Positions 34,429 through 45,278 of a stretch of 59,416 bases of DNA are shown in pieces. The position numbers and the translations under genes are program-made. Within the stretch, counting starts at the first letter, position 1, and every line of letters begins with the position of its first letter. The stretch is from positions 1 through 59,416 of the forward strand of contig MCFH01000103.1 of NCBI GenBank assembly GCA_002104945.1, written 5' to 3'. Below the pieces are notes generated by a model. The model did no database searches. It saw only the letters and a list, made by a program, of their open reading frames with translations, and was not told the origin of the DNA. Source of the DNA: Piromyces finnis finn. Taxonomy: Eukaryota; Fungi; Neocallimastigomycota.

Positions 34429-36907
34429 ATGGAATTCAATAGTAATAGTCAAGACATACAAGAAAATACTCCAAGGAGCGATAAGGCAACTGTTGAAACT
34501 TCCAAATTAATAGCTACCCTAACAGATATTCTACCAGCATTCCTCTCGCCTAATGGGATTCTTGCAAAAGAATCAGAAACTCAAGACGCGCCTAACTTAT
34601 TGGAAATTATTGCTCAGAGTGAGGATTTCTTCGCAGAACATCCTAACTCTTTCTTGAGCGACGACAATAAGAGTTCCTTCATCATAAACAAGTTACATGG
34701 AACCACAAGGAAATGGGGGCTATCTCTATTAGCCGATGGAACTCTGAAGAATCTAAGTTATGATAATTTTAAGGAACTACTTTTAAGGAACTTTGATGGA
34801 GGGGATAGCAGAAAAGAAAAATATGTTCTCATGGAAAAGCTATGGAAGTTAAAGCAGCAACAGTTGGGGAAAGTAACTGACTACACTATTGAATTCCGCC
34901 GCATCGCAAGTAGGATAGGATGGCAAGACGAAGTTTTCATTGATATTATTGGAAAGGGCCTACTAGATCGAGTCCGCGAAGAGTATGACAAGATTGAAAA
35001 ACCAAGAACCTTGTTTGAGGCTACCAATGCTATCATAGGTATCGATAGGAAATGCTACTTAGAAAGTTATATCAGACACAAACCAAGTAAAATTCATGGA
35101 AAACATCATAAATCTTTTGGAAGGAAAAAGCACGACTTAACTAAAGTTGAGAATAAGTTTACATCGTTCAACCAAAGAAAGGGCAAGACTAAGAGTGAAA
35201 TTTTATCAGCAAATTACACTCCTAATAACAAAACCTCAATGACAACTGTTTTCACTATTCACATAAAGGGAAAAGTCATCAAATGTAATTTTTTGATTGA
35301 CTCAGGATCTGCGAAAAGCTTTATCTGCCGAACCTTTGCTACCAACAACAAATTACCAACTTCAGGTCTCACCTCTCCCATCAATATTCAGCTTCCCAAC
35401 AGTAAAAACATGACCATCAGACATGTTACTACCCCTTTGAAGCTCAAGTTAATGGATCATGTTGAGGATTACGAATTTTTTATTGGTAATCTTCAACTTC
35501 ACGGCATCTGTGGAATTCTAGGAAGGGATTGGCTTGCAATTCATAATCCTTATATTAATTTTAAAACAAATAAAATATATTTCTTGGATTATTATTGCAA
35601 AGATCATTGTAAGTCTTGTAGAGGTAATAAATTTGTTTTTAAATCAAAAGATGTTACAGCTACAATGGTTTATAATGAAAACTGTATTAACGACTCTATT
35701 ATCCCGGAGAATATCACAGAAGAAGAAATCCAAGACCACAACTACAACTGGTGCAACGCTATGATAGAGATGGGAACTATCATAGATGGGAAGGCTACCG
35801 AGGATGCAACCATCAGCAAAGCTCTAGCCAAAGAAGACATTATAAAGAAGTACTACTCTAATTTAATGAAGGTGTTCGAAAAGACAGAAGCCGACAAACT
35901 TCCACCTCATCGAGTTTATGACATTTCGATTGACTTAATACCAAATAGTCAATTATACTTTGGTCCAATATATTCATTAACAGTTGTCGAGTTAGAAACC
36001 TTAAAAAAATATATTAATGAAAATCTTGAAAAGGGTTTCATTCGAAAGTCCAAGTCACCAGCCGGTGCTCCTGTCTTGTTCGTGAAAAAACATGACGGAT
36101 CCCTTCGACTATGTGTAGACTACCGACGTTTGAACGCAGTTACCATCAGGAACAGCTACCCCCTTCCAAAGATTAATGATTTGATTGAATCATTCAAAAG
36201 TGCTTCAATCTTTACTAGGCTCGATCTTAGATCAGCCTATAATTTGGTTCGTGTCAAGGAAGGCCACGAATATTTAACTGCTTTCCGAACTCCGCTTGGA
36301 CATTATGAATATCTTGTAATGCCCTTCGGTCTTCGTAACGTACCTTCGGTCTTTCAAAGATTCATACAAGATGTGCTTACAGATGTTATCGGTTCTTATG
36401 CTCAAGTCTATTTAGATGATATAATTATTTATTCAAAAAATATAGACGAGCATATCAAGCATGTCAAGAAAATACTTCAACTCCTTATCGATAATGGCCT
36501 CTATGTGAAACTCGAAAAATGCGATTTTCACGTTAAGTCAACTACATTCTTAGGATTCAATATCTCTCCAAATGGCCTTACAATGGATCCTAACAAGGTG
36601 AAATCAATCTTGGATTGGCCAACGCCAAAAAACTTAAAAGAACTCCAGAGTTTTTTGGGTTTATGCAACTTTTACAGAAAGTTCATAAAAAACTTTGCCG
36701 AAATAATGGAACCTCTTCGTAGACTACTAAAAGGTAACTCTGTTTTCAATTGGGATACTCAAGCTGAACGGTCCTTCAATCTACTTAAACAGGCTTTTAA
36801 AAATGACGAATTACTTATCTTTCCAAATCCAGATAAAGAATTCGTAGTTGAATCAGACGCAAGTGACTTTGCGTTAGGATGCGTTCTCTCACAAATTAGC
36901 GATAAAG
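34429..36907 (+). CDS. gag-pol: Gag-Pol of C, 5' part (gag, PR, RT, start of RNase H), interrupted by a solo B LTR
   Basis: Capsid-like segment, LIDSGS, YLDD, ESDASDFALG; the track stop at 36912 lies inside the inserted LTR. Confidence 0.92.
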
Positions 36908-37513
36908 TGTAAAGTCGAACACTTGAAGAATAGATTAGGATATCTATTCTATTACAATAACACCAAAGATTTAAATAGAAATAAAATTGTTTTATTAAAA
37001 AATATCTTTTATTATAATAGAAATTATATTAATAACAATTACATCGATAAAATGATGAAAAATATCTTCTATTTATATTTTTCCTAAATACATTTATATT
37101 ATATTATAACTATTTATTTCTTCTATATTATTATTTAAAATCTACACTAAAATCTTAATTATTAATAAATATTTAGACTATAACTATTTTTAGTAAAATA
37201 CAATTGGCAATTCAAATTAAGTACTATTCAATTTGAATATGTGCCCATGTATTATTGATATATTAAACATTTAATAATTATATACTAGATGTCTATTTCT
37301 ATTACAAAACAATACTAAAACTAGGGGTTTGAATTGAGAATTTTAATTTATTTGTTAAACATTAAGAATAAATTAATAATTTATTTTGTTTTAAACTTTA
37401 ATTATTAATAAATAAATTATGTCCCATTTTCTTTTTCTGTAATATAATTCGTGTAACTTAAACAATAATATTTATGGCTTAAGTTACATTAAAGATATCA
37501 ATCTGTGGCGTTT

Positions 37514-37922
37514 TGTAACGAATCATAGAAATTAGTAACCTGTCTTAGTGGTTAGTAACTAAGACCTTGGTTTGAACTACTCGAGTTCGAAACCTCATTA
37601 ATATCTTTTTTTTAATTATTAAAATATTTTATAACGAAATTTTACCAAAGAAGATAATTTCTGATTGGCTTAAAAAATTAAGTTGTAAAATTTTTATAAA
37701 TTTACTTTTAAAAACATTTATATAAATACGAGTGAAATTTCTCAAAAAATTATTTGGAATTCGAGTTTTTATTAACAAAGAAATTTTATAATAAAAATAA
37801 AATTATTAAACACTAACCTGTTATAATTTTGTTAAGTGTTCAATAATAAAATTTTTATTTGCTTTTATTATTTTCCTTTTTATATATTTGTGTTTTTATT
37901 TATTGAACATTAGTTCTTTACA
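37514..37922 (+). repeat. 5' LTR of A3
   Basis: TG...CA, 409 bp, appears identical to the 3' LTR. Confidence 0.96.
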
Positions 37923-37932
37923 ATAAAAACTC
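37922..37932 (+). promoter_or_regulatory. Self-priming PBS of A3
   Basis: AATAAAAACTC is the reverse complement of GAGTTTTTATT at 37763-37773, 42 nt after TATAAATA at 37721. Confidence 0.8.
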
Positions 37933-38623
37933 CTAAAATATATAATAACACCTTAGTGTTTAAAAAAGGAAGAATTTTTAATTTATTAAAAAATTAAGTA
38001 AGTCAGTGAAGCTTATTTTAACAATAAGGGTACTGAAAACAAAAGTAAAACCCACAGTTATTATAAGGGGAGCGCCAGGACGCTTAATTTAATAATAAAG
38101 AAAAAATTCATTTTCTAATAAAACGTTTTCTACTTTTAATAAATAAAATTAAATTTTATTTATTATTTTTGAAAAAATATTAAAATAACAAAGAAGTTAG
38201 GATTCAATACCTCCCTTAGCGTGGATAGTTGGACACCTATACGTAATACTTTGTTGTTTAGATATTATTAATAATCGGGGAATTAAACCTATTTTTTTTC
38301 TTTCCGCTTAATTAAGTAAGTGACAATAAAGAAACTAATACCGTTAATTCCTTTTATTGAAAATTTTCATTTCCAATATTAACAATTGATAATATCTACG
38401 TTATCAACAAAGAGCTACAAGGGACCTAGTATTGAATACTAATAAAATTAAATATTTGATGGTCCAATACTATTTAATTTGACTCTTTGTCTATATTTAA
38501 AATATTTTAATCAATAAATAATAATAAAGATTTAATTTTTTTTTCTTTCTTAATTTCTTCAAACATAACTTTATCTTATTTACATAATTTTTATTTTCAA
38601 ACAATTATATTTTTTTAATTTTA

Positions 38624-41600
38624 ATGGAAGGACAAATATTTGATAACGCCTCACTAAAAGACGGTTTCGCAGGAGACAGAAAATATCTCAAAGGTTTCTT
38701 AGCTAAAATAGAACTTGTTTTTCTCCTTTATCCCGAAAGATATCAAGATGAAGAGAGCAAGGTTATCTACCTGATTTCTCGCCTTTATGGAAATGCATTA
38801 AATTGGGCCGCTACGCTTATTGACAACCATGATCCATGTCTGACCAACTACCAAGCATTCAAGGAAAGACTAAAGGCATTCTACGGGAACAATGATGCAG
38901 TCTACGTAGCCAATCAAATGCTACGTACTCTCAAGCAACATCGTTTGGGCGGCATCAGAGGATACATCCTTGAATTTAACAAATACTCTGATGAATCTAA
39001 CTGGAATGAAGAGGCTAAGATGGATGCTTTTATCGCTGGGCTCAACCAAGAAGTTGCAATGAAGATATTAGAGATGTTCCCAGGACCAAGAGATTTGTTT
39101 TCCCTCCAAACTATTGCAGCTAGAATAGACTCCAGACTTGCTACCAGGGGATTATTTTTTGACAAAAATACTAAGGGACCAAGTTCTAATTCCAGCAATG
39201 GCTCCAGAAAGGCTTCCACAAATCTAAAAGAACATCCCAAGAAGAAAAGATACTTTGGTCCGTTATCCAAGGAAGAAAAAGAAAGAAGAAGTAAGGAAAA
39301 CTTATGTGTCTATTGTGGATCTCCAGGACACCAACTGAAAGATTGTCATAAGAGAAGAAATAAAAACTCAGCATTCGAATCTTTAGTTTCTCTACAAAAT
39401 AATTCTACCAATTCCAAGAAAAATCAACAAGATAGGGTAACCTCAAATTTTAAATTATCGTTTGAACTAGACACAAAAATTCTTATAGACTCCGGTTCTA
39501 CACTTAATCTAATAGATGTCGACTATTGCAACGATCACAATATTCCCTACCACTATGAAGAAGATTTACCCAACGTATTCGGTATTGGTGGTAGCCAAAA
39601 ACTGTTCGGAGTTACTCCACTTCTTAATCTTCGCTACATGGATCACCTATGCCGTACTGTCTTTTACGTTACTGATCTACCTGTATATCCTTGTATTCTA
39701 GGTCTACGTTGGCTTAAGGAACATAATCCAAGTATTGACTTTGAAAATAATAAATTATCCTTTGGTTCTTCATATTGCTTGGATCATTGTATGACTCTCC
39801 CTTCGAATGTTCCCGAATTCCATCAGGAAACTTCTGTTTTTTCTACTGATTGCAATAACTCTTCTTCCGTTTCTTTGCCTATTTTTATTGACAAACCTAA
39901 ATCTTCTTTTTCAAATTCTAAGTTATCTCATTCTCGTAATCCCAAAGAAAATCGTTCTAAATCTGTCTTAATTAACAATGAATCTGTTAACGATCCTTTA
40001 TCACAAGAGACTTGTACTGTCATGGCTTCTAATATATCTCTTTCTAAAGTTGATTCTTGTTCACCAAAAAACTCTTTTAAAGACTCAAATCCTACTACTA
40101 AACTTCCGAAGGAATTAGAATCATATATGGACGTCTTTAGCGAATCTTCTGCTGATCAATTACCACCTCATCGTCCTTATGATTGCCAAATAAACCTAAT
40201 CGAAAATGCCAAGCTATTTTATGGACCAATCTACCCACTAACAGACGAAGAAACAAGAGTTTTGAAGGATTATATCGATGAAAACCTCAAAAAGGGTTTC
40301 ATTAGGAAATCCAAATCTCCTGCTGGTGCGCCTGTACTTTTCGTTCCTAAAAAGAATGGTGAACTCCGTCTTTGTCAAGATTATAGGGAACTCAACAAAA
40401 TTACCATTAGAGATTCCTATCCTCTACCTCTGATTCAAGATATGCTAGAGCATCTTGGTAAAGCGAAAATCTTCTCAAAATTGGATTTACGATCAGCATA
40501 TAATTTGGTCCGAATCAAAAAGGGTGATGAATATAAAACAGCTTTCACCTGCAAATTCGGCCACTTTGAATACCTGGTAATGCCATTCGGACTGAAAAAC
40601 GCCCCGGCTGTTTTTCAGCATTTTATCAATGATGTTCTGGAAAATATTCTAGGGATTTTTGTTTATTCATATATTGACGATTTAATTATTTTTTCTGAAA
40701 ACCATAAATCCCACATTAAGCACGTTATCGAAGTCCTGGATCGCTTAAGAAATGCTGGTCTTTATGCTAAGCTTGAAAAGTGTGAATTCTTTGTTTCCTC
40801 TATTGATTTCCTTGGTCATCGGATATCCTCTGAAGGTATACATATGGACCCCAATAAAGTTTCTGCTATTATTAATTGGCCAGTTCCGTCCAGTGTCAAG
40901 GAAGTTCAATCTTTTATTGGCCTAGCCAACTACTATCGTCGGTTTATTCCTAATTTTGCCAAAGTTGCACAACCCCTTCACAGACTACTTCGTAAAAACG
41001 TTAAATTTGATTTTTCCTCTGAAGCTCTTGATGCATTTAATACCATTAAATCATTAATTTCATCTGCTCCCATCCTGTCTCACCCAAATCGTGATCTTCC
41101 CTTTATTGTTGAAACCGACTCTAGCAACTTTGCTATAGGAGCAGTTCTGTCTCAAAAATCTCCTGATGATAAAATGATCCATCCTGTCGCTTTCTATTCA
41201 AGATCTCTTACTTCCGCTGAAAGAAACTATCCTATATACGATAAAGAACTTTTAGCTATTGTTAATGCTCTTGAAACTTGGCGACATTTTCTCAAAGGTG
41301 CTTTAACCCCGTTTACTATTTATTCAGATCATCGAAACTTACTATATCAAAAGAAACCGGAAAAAATGTCACAACGTCTCGTTCGTTGGGCCCTTTTCCT
41401 TTCCGAATTTAACTTTAAAATTCTCTACCGCTCTGGTTCATCAAATGGTAAACCTGATGCGCTTTCACGAAGACCTGATTATATAGATTCCTCTCTTCCT
41501 TCTGATGCTCCTTTTTCGGTTTTACGCCCTGAGAATTTCTGCGCTTTGATTTGTTCCATTTCTTCTCTTAATGATGAAATATTATCTGAATATGTGAACG

Positions 41601-42988
41601 ACTCTTTTTACATTGACATTTGCAATTTTCTTGAAAATAAGAATCTCCCAGCTCCACATCCACAAAGTAATAAATTCTCTCTTAGTAATAGTTTTCTTCT
41701 TTTTGATAATAGAATCTATGTCCCTTTAAAATGCCGTCCCTCCGTTTTGAAACTCTGTCATGATTCCCCCTCTGCCGGTCATTTTGGTATCCGCAAAACT
41801 ATTTCTTTGATCTCTCGTGACTTTTGGTGGCCATCCATTTCTATTGATGTTAAGAATTATATCCGATCTTGCGAGATTTGTTGCCGCTCCAAGCCTTCTC
41901 GTCATAAACCATATGGTTTACTTCAACCCCTTGAGATTAGTGACCATCCTTGGGCTTCTATTTCTATGGATTTCATTACTGACCTCCCTCCTTCGGATGG
42001 ATTTAACACTATTCTTGTTGTAGTTGACCGCCTTACTAAAATGTGCCACCTCATTCCCTTTAAAGGTATTCCTTCTGCTTCTGATACTGCTTTTGCTTTT
42101 TTGAATTATATTTTCAAAATTCACGGTCTCCCCTCTGAAATTATTTCCGATAGAGGCGCGCAATTCACTTCGAAATTTTGGAAATCTATTTGCCAATCTT
42201 TGGACGTCAATGTTAAATATTCTTCACCATATCATCATCAATCCAATGGCCAAACGGAGAGGGTAAACTCCGTTGTTGAACAATATTTAAGATGCTTTTC
42301 TAATTATAAAGGAACAAACTGGATCAACTTTCTTCCATTGGCAGAATTCAGTTACAATAATGCTGTTCAAGACTCAACAAAATTCTCACCATTCTTCCTA
42401 AATTATGGTTATCACCCAAAATACTCTCCGGTAATTCCTGACCAAACGAATGTTCCAAGAGCTGAAGAGTTTACAAGAGACTTTGAAGACCTAATGGAGA
42501 AACTAAAAGAAAACTTAAAGAAGGCCATCCAAGTTCAAAAGAAATATGCCGACAAGTATAGACAAGAACCTCCGACATTCAAGACTGGTGACAAAGTATG
42601 GTTGGATAGCTCCTTGATAATTCATAAAGGAAATAAAAAATTTAATCCTAGGAAACTTGGCCCGTTTAGGATAATTAGTAAAATCTCTAATCTCACTTAT
42701 AAATTAGAATTACCAAAATCGCTGAAGATTTACCCAATTGTTCATGTTTCAAACCTAGAACCGTATTATGAAGATAGTTTTGGAAGAATCAAAGATCCAC
42801 CTCCACCTATAATAGTAAATGAAGAAGAAGAATACGAAGTAGAAGAAATACTTGATAAAAGAAAGCATTATGGGAAGATTCAATATCTAATAAAATGGAA
42901 AGGTTATCCGCTTTCAGAAGCATCTTGGGAACCTGAAAGTAATTTAAACTGCGATGAACTAATTAAAAACTTTAATAATTCACATTAG
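38624..42988 (+). CDS. gag-pol: Intact Gag-Pol polyprotein of A3
   Basis: All catalytic motifs present; differs from the A2 protein at one residue that I can see (FDNRIY vs FDSRIY). Confidence 0.97.
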   Translation: MEGQIFDNASLKDGFAGDRKYLKGFLAKIELVFLLYPERYQDEESKVIYLISRLYGNALNWAATLIDNHDPCLTNYQAFKERLKAFYGNNDAVYVANQMLRTLKQHRLGGIRGYILEFNKYSDESNWNEEAKMDAFIAGLNQEVAMKILEMFPGPRDLFSLQTIAARIDSRLATRGLFFDKNTKGPSSNSSNGSRKASTNLKEHPKKKRYFGPLSKEEKERRSKENLCVYCGSPGHQLKDCHKRRNKNSAFESLVSLQNNSTNSKKNQQDRVTSNFKLSFELDTKILIDSGSTLNLIDVDYCNDHNIPYHYEEDLPNVFGIGGSQKLFGVTPLLNLRYMDHLCRTVFYVTDLPVYPCILGLRWLKEHNPSIDFENNKLSFGSSYCLDHCMTLPSNVPEFHQETSVFSTDCNNSSSVSLPIFIDKPKSSFSNSKLSHSRNPKENRSKSVLINNESVNDPLSQETCTVMASNISLSKVDSCSPKNSFKDSNPTTKLPKELESYMDVFSESSADQLPPHRPYDCQINLIENAKLFYGPIYPLTDEETRVLKDYIDENLKKGFIRKSKSPAGAPVLFVPKKNGELRLCQDYRELNKITIRDSYPLPLIQDMLEHLGKAKIFSKLDLRSAYNLVRIKKGDEYKTAFTCKFGHFEYLVMPFGLKNAPAVFQHFINDVLENILGIFVYSYIDDLIIFSENHKSHIKHVIEVLDRLRNAGLYAKLEKCEFFVSSIDFLGHRISSEGIHMDPNKVSAIINWPVPSSVKEVQSFIGLANYYRRFIPNFAKVAQPLHRLLRKNVKFDFSSEALDAFNTIKSLISSAPILSHPNRDLPFIVETDSSNFAIGAVLSQKSPDDKMIHPVAFYSRSLTSAERNYPIYDKELLAIVNALETWRHFLKGALTPFTIYSDHRNLLYQKKPEKMSQRLVRWALFLSEFNFKILYRSGSSNGKPDALSRRPDYIDSSLPSDAPFSVLRPENFCALICSISSLNDEILSEYVNDSFYIDICNFLENKNLPAPHPQSNKFSLSNSFLLFDNRIYVPLKCRPSVLKLCHDSPSAGHFGIRKTISLISRDFWWPSISIDVKNYIRSCEICCRSKPSRHKPYGLLQPLEISDHPWASISMDFITDLPPSDGFNTILVVVDRLTKMCHLIPFKGIPSASDTAFAFLNYIFKIHGLPSEIISDRGAQFTSKFWKSICQSLDVNVKYSSPYHHQSNGQTERVNSVVEQYLRCFSNYKGTNWINFLPLAEFSYNNAVQDSTKFSPFFLNYGYHPKYSPVIPDQTNVPRAEEFTRDFEDLMEKLKENLKKAIQVQKKYADKYRQEPPTFKTGDKVWLDSSLIIHKGNKKFNPRKLGPFRIISKISNLTYKLELPKSLKIYPIVHVSNLEPYYEDSFGRIKDPPPPIIVNEEEEYEVEEILDKRKHYGKIQYLIKWKGYPLSEASWEPESNLNCDELIKNFNNSH

Positions 42989-43091
42989 TAATAGTTATTA
43001 ATTTAAAAAAAAATTAGTAATTGATAAGAGAAAAAGAGAATAGAAAATAGAAAATAGAAAATGAAAAAATATATTTATAATTTAATATTCA

Positions 43092-43133
<42 letters not shown>

Positions 43134-43230
43134 TCAAAATGTATTCACTCGTTTCAATTATTTCTTTTATAATAAAGTAACAAATAAATTTAGTTGATTC
43201 GTCTGGTATCCGAATCCTGGAGGAGGACCA

Positions 43231-43639
43231 TGTAACGAATCATAGAAATTAGTAACCTGTCTTAGTGGTTAGTAACTAAGACCTTGGTTTGAACTACTCG
43301 AGTTCGAAACCTCATTAATATCTTTTTTTTAATTATTAAAATATTTTATAACGAAATTTTACCAAAGAAGATAATTTCTGATTGGCTTAAAAAATTAAGT
43401 TGTAAAATTTTTATAAATTTACTTTTAAAAACATTTATATAAATACGAGTGAAATTTCTCAAAAAATTATTTGGAATTCGAGTTTTTATTAACAAAGAAA
43501 TTTTATAATAAAAATAAAATTATTAAACACTAACCTGTTATAATTTTGTTAAGTGTTCAATAATAAAATTTTTATTTGCTTTTATTATTTTCCTTTTTAT
43601 ATATTTGTGTTTTTATTTATTGAACATTAGTTCTTTACA
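43231..43639 (+). repeat. 3' LTR of A3
   Basis: Follows PPT GGAGGAGGACCA. Confidence 0.96.
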
Positions 43640-43661
43640 CGTTTGATATCTTTACATAAAG

Positions 43662-45269
43662 ATAATATGGTTACATCCTGTAGCATTTTACTCAAGATCT
43701 TTGAACAAAGCTGAAGCTAACTACACTATCTATGATAAGGAGCTTCTTGCTGTTATTACTGCCTTTGATGTATGGAGACATCATTTAGAAGGCGCAAAGT
43801 TCCCAATTCAAGTTATCACCGATCACAAAAATCTACTCTATTGGAAAAAGCCTCAACGTCTTAATCAGAGACAAATCCGCTGGGGCATGTTCTTGTCAAA
43901 ATTTGATTATAGAATTTCTTTCAGACCCGGTGCTAGAAGTGGGAAGCCTGACTCGCTCTCAAGAAGGCCAGATTACAAACCAAATGAATATAAATCTAAT
44001 GAATATATCATTCCTGAAAAGAATATTTGCTGTGCCACAAGAGATAATATTAATAATCTTATTGAGTCACAGAGGTCTGATAAATATTGTAGAAACATCC
44101 TTTCCAAAATCAAATCAGGGACTGAAATAAAAAGTGCCTTGTTCAAAATCGTCGACGGTGTTCTCCATTTTCAAAACCGTATATTAGTGCCATCTGCGTT
44201 GAAAGGAAACATATTAAAATCCTTTCATGATACTCCTATAAATGGTCACCAGGGTATTGACAAAACGCTTGAAAAACTTAAACGTTACTACTGGTGGCCT
44301 AATATGAAAAATGATGTTAGAAATTTTGTCCTTTTATGTAAAACTTGTGGAAAGAACAAAATAAGAAGACATAAACCATATGGTAAGATTCAACCTCTCC
44401 CTGTTCCTAACAAGCCATGGGAAATAATAGGTGTAGACTTCATTGTCTACCTTCCAAGCTCTCAGGACTGCTCTTGTATTATGGTTGTATCGGATCATTT
44501 TACTAAAATGGTTCATTTAATTCCCTGCTCCGACGTACCCTCTGCTGACCTAACAGCTAAACTTTTGTTATTCAATGTATTTCGCTACCATGGATTTCCT
44601 AAGGTAATAGTTTCGGATCACGGTACCCAGTTTTCCTCCGAATATTGGACTTCGCTTTGTTCGGCCTTGCATGTAAAGCCTCGACTTGCTACAGCTCACC
44701 ATCAACAGTCAAATGGACAAGTCGAGAGAGCCAACTCAGTGATTGAACAATATCTTCGCTGTTACTGTTCTTCGGCACAACATGAATGGTTTTCTTATCT
44801 TCCCTTATGTGAGTTAGCTTATAACAATTCTCTTCACAAGTCTATAGGAATGTCGCCATTTTTCGCCAATTATGGGTTCCATCCGGAATGTAATATTGAT
44901 TCTCCCCCGATTCTACTTAAGGATAACGCTTCATCTCTTACTAGAGATTGGTCGTCCCATTTTAATGCCTTAAAAAAACAACTAAATCAAGCTAAAGAAG
45001 ACTTCAAGAAGTATGGAGATAATCACAAATCCACGGGTCCAGAGCTTAAGGTCAATGATATGGTTTGGCTCAAGCGCCATTATTTTACTAATGAACCTGC
45101 TAAGAAGCTAGCTTCTCAATATTTAGGACCATTCCGCATTTCTGAAAAGAGGGAACGTATGAATTACAGGCTTGAATTACCAGAAAATCTTAACATTCAT
45201 CCTGTATTTCATATTTCACAATTGGAACCTTATACGAGTAGAAATCCTGAACTAAAGGAACATTTATAA
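43662..45269 (+). CDS. pol: Pol of C, 3' part (RNase H, integrase with GPF), ending without a chromodomain
   Basis: LHPVAFYSRSL from 43671, HHCC, D,D35E, GPF; stops at FHISQLEPYTSRNPELKEHL* just before the PPT. Out of frame by one base with the 5' part. Confidence 0.9.
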   Translation: MIWLHPVAFYSRSLNKAEANYTIYDKELLAVITAFDVWRHHLEGAKFPIQVITDHKNLLYWKKPQRLNQRQIRWGMFLSKFDYRISFRPGARSGKPDSLSRRPDYKPNEYKSNEYIIPEKNICCATRDNINNLIESQRSDKYCRNILSKIKSGTEIKSALFKIVDGVLHFQNRILVPSALKGNILKSFHDTPINGHQGIDKTLEKLKRYYWWPNMKNDVRNFVLLCKTCGKNKIRRHKPYGKIQPLPVPNKPWEIIGVDFIVYLPSSQDCSCIMVVSDHFTKMVHLIPCSDVPSADLTAKLLLFNVFRYHGFPKVIVSDHGTQFSSEYWTSLCSALHVKPRLATAHHQQSNGQVERANSVIEQYLRCYCSSAQHEWFSYLPLCELAYNNSLHKSIGMSPFFANYGFHPECNIDSPPILLKDNASSLTRDWSSHFNALKKQLNQAKEDFKKYGDNHKSTGPELKVNDMVWLKRHYFTNEPAKKLASQYLGPFRISEKRERMNYRLELPENLNIHPVFHISQLEPYTSRNPELKEHL

Positions 45270-45278
45270 AGGGAGCAA

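Larger units (their letters stand above)
37514..43639 (+). mobile_element. Full-length family A copy 3 (6126 bp), apparently intact
   Basis: LTRs 37514-37922 and 43231-43639, TSD CGTTT (37509-37513 and 43640-43644), 1454-aa ORF. Confidence 0.97.
36908..43656 (-). mobile_element. Solo LTR of family B (618 bp net), split by A3
   Basis: B-LTR sequence at 36908-37513 and 43645-43656 with no internal domain; TSD TAAAG (36903-36907 and 43657-43661). Confidence 0.93.

Noticed and set aside
2-42988. RIP-type hypermutation of the repeats
   Set aside because: A1, A2 and A3 differ by few, mixed substitutions with no CpA>TpA excess visible by eye, and long ORFs remain open.
3662-43129. Long poly(A) tracts (3662, 7014, 8557, 26439, 43100) as LINE/SINE or retrocopy tails
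   Set aside because: They are internal to LTR-element UTRs, shared between copies of the same family, and have no TSDs of their own.
25929-43639. A2/A3 inverted pair as an assembly fold-back
   Set aside because: Each copy has its own matching TSD and host context, and they differ by several substitutions.
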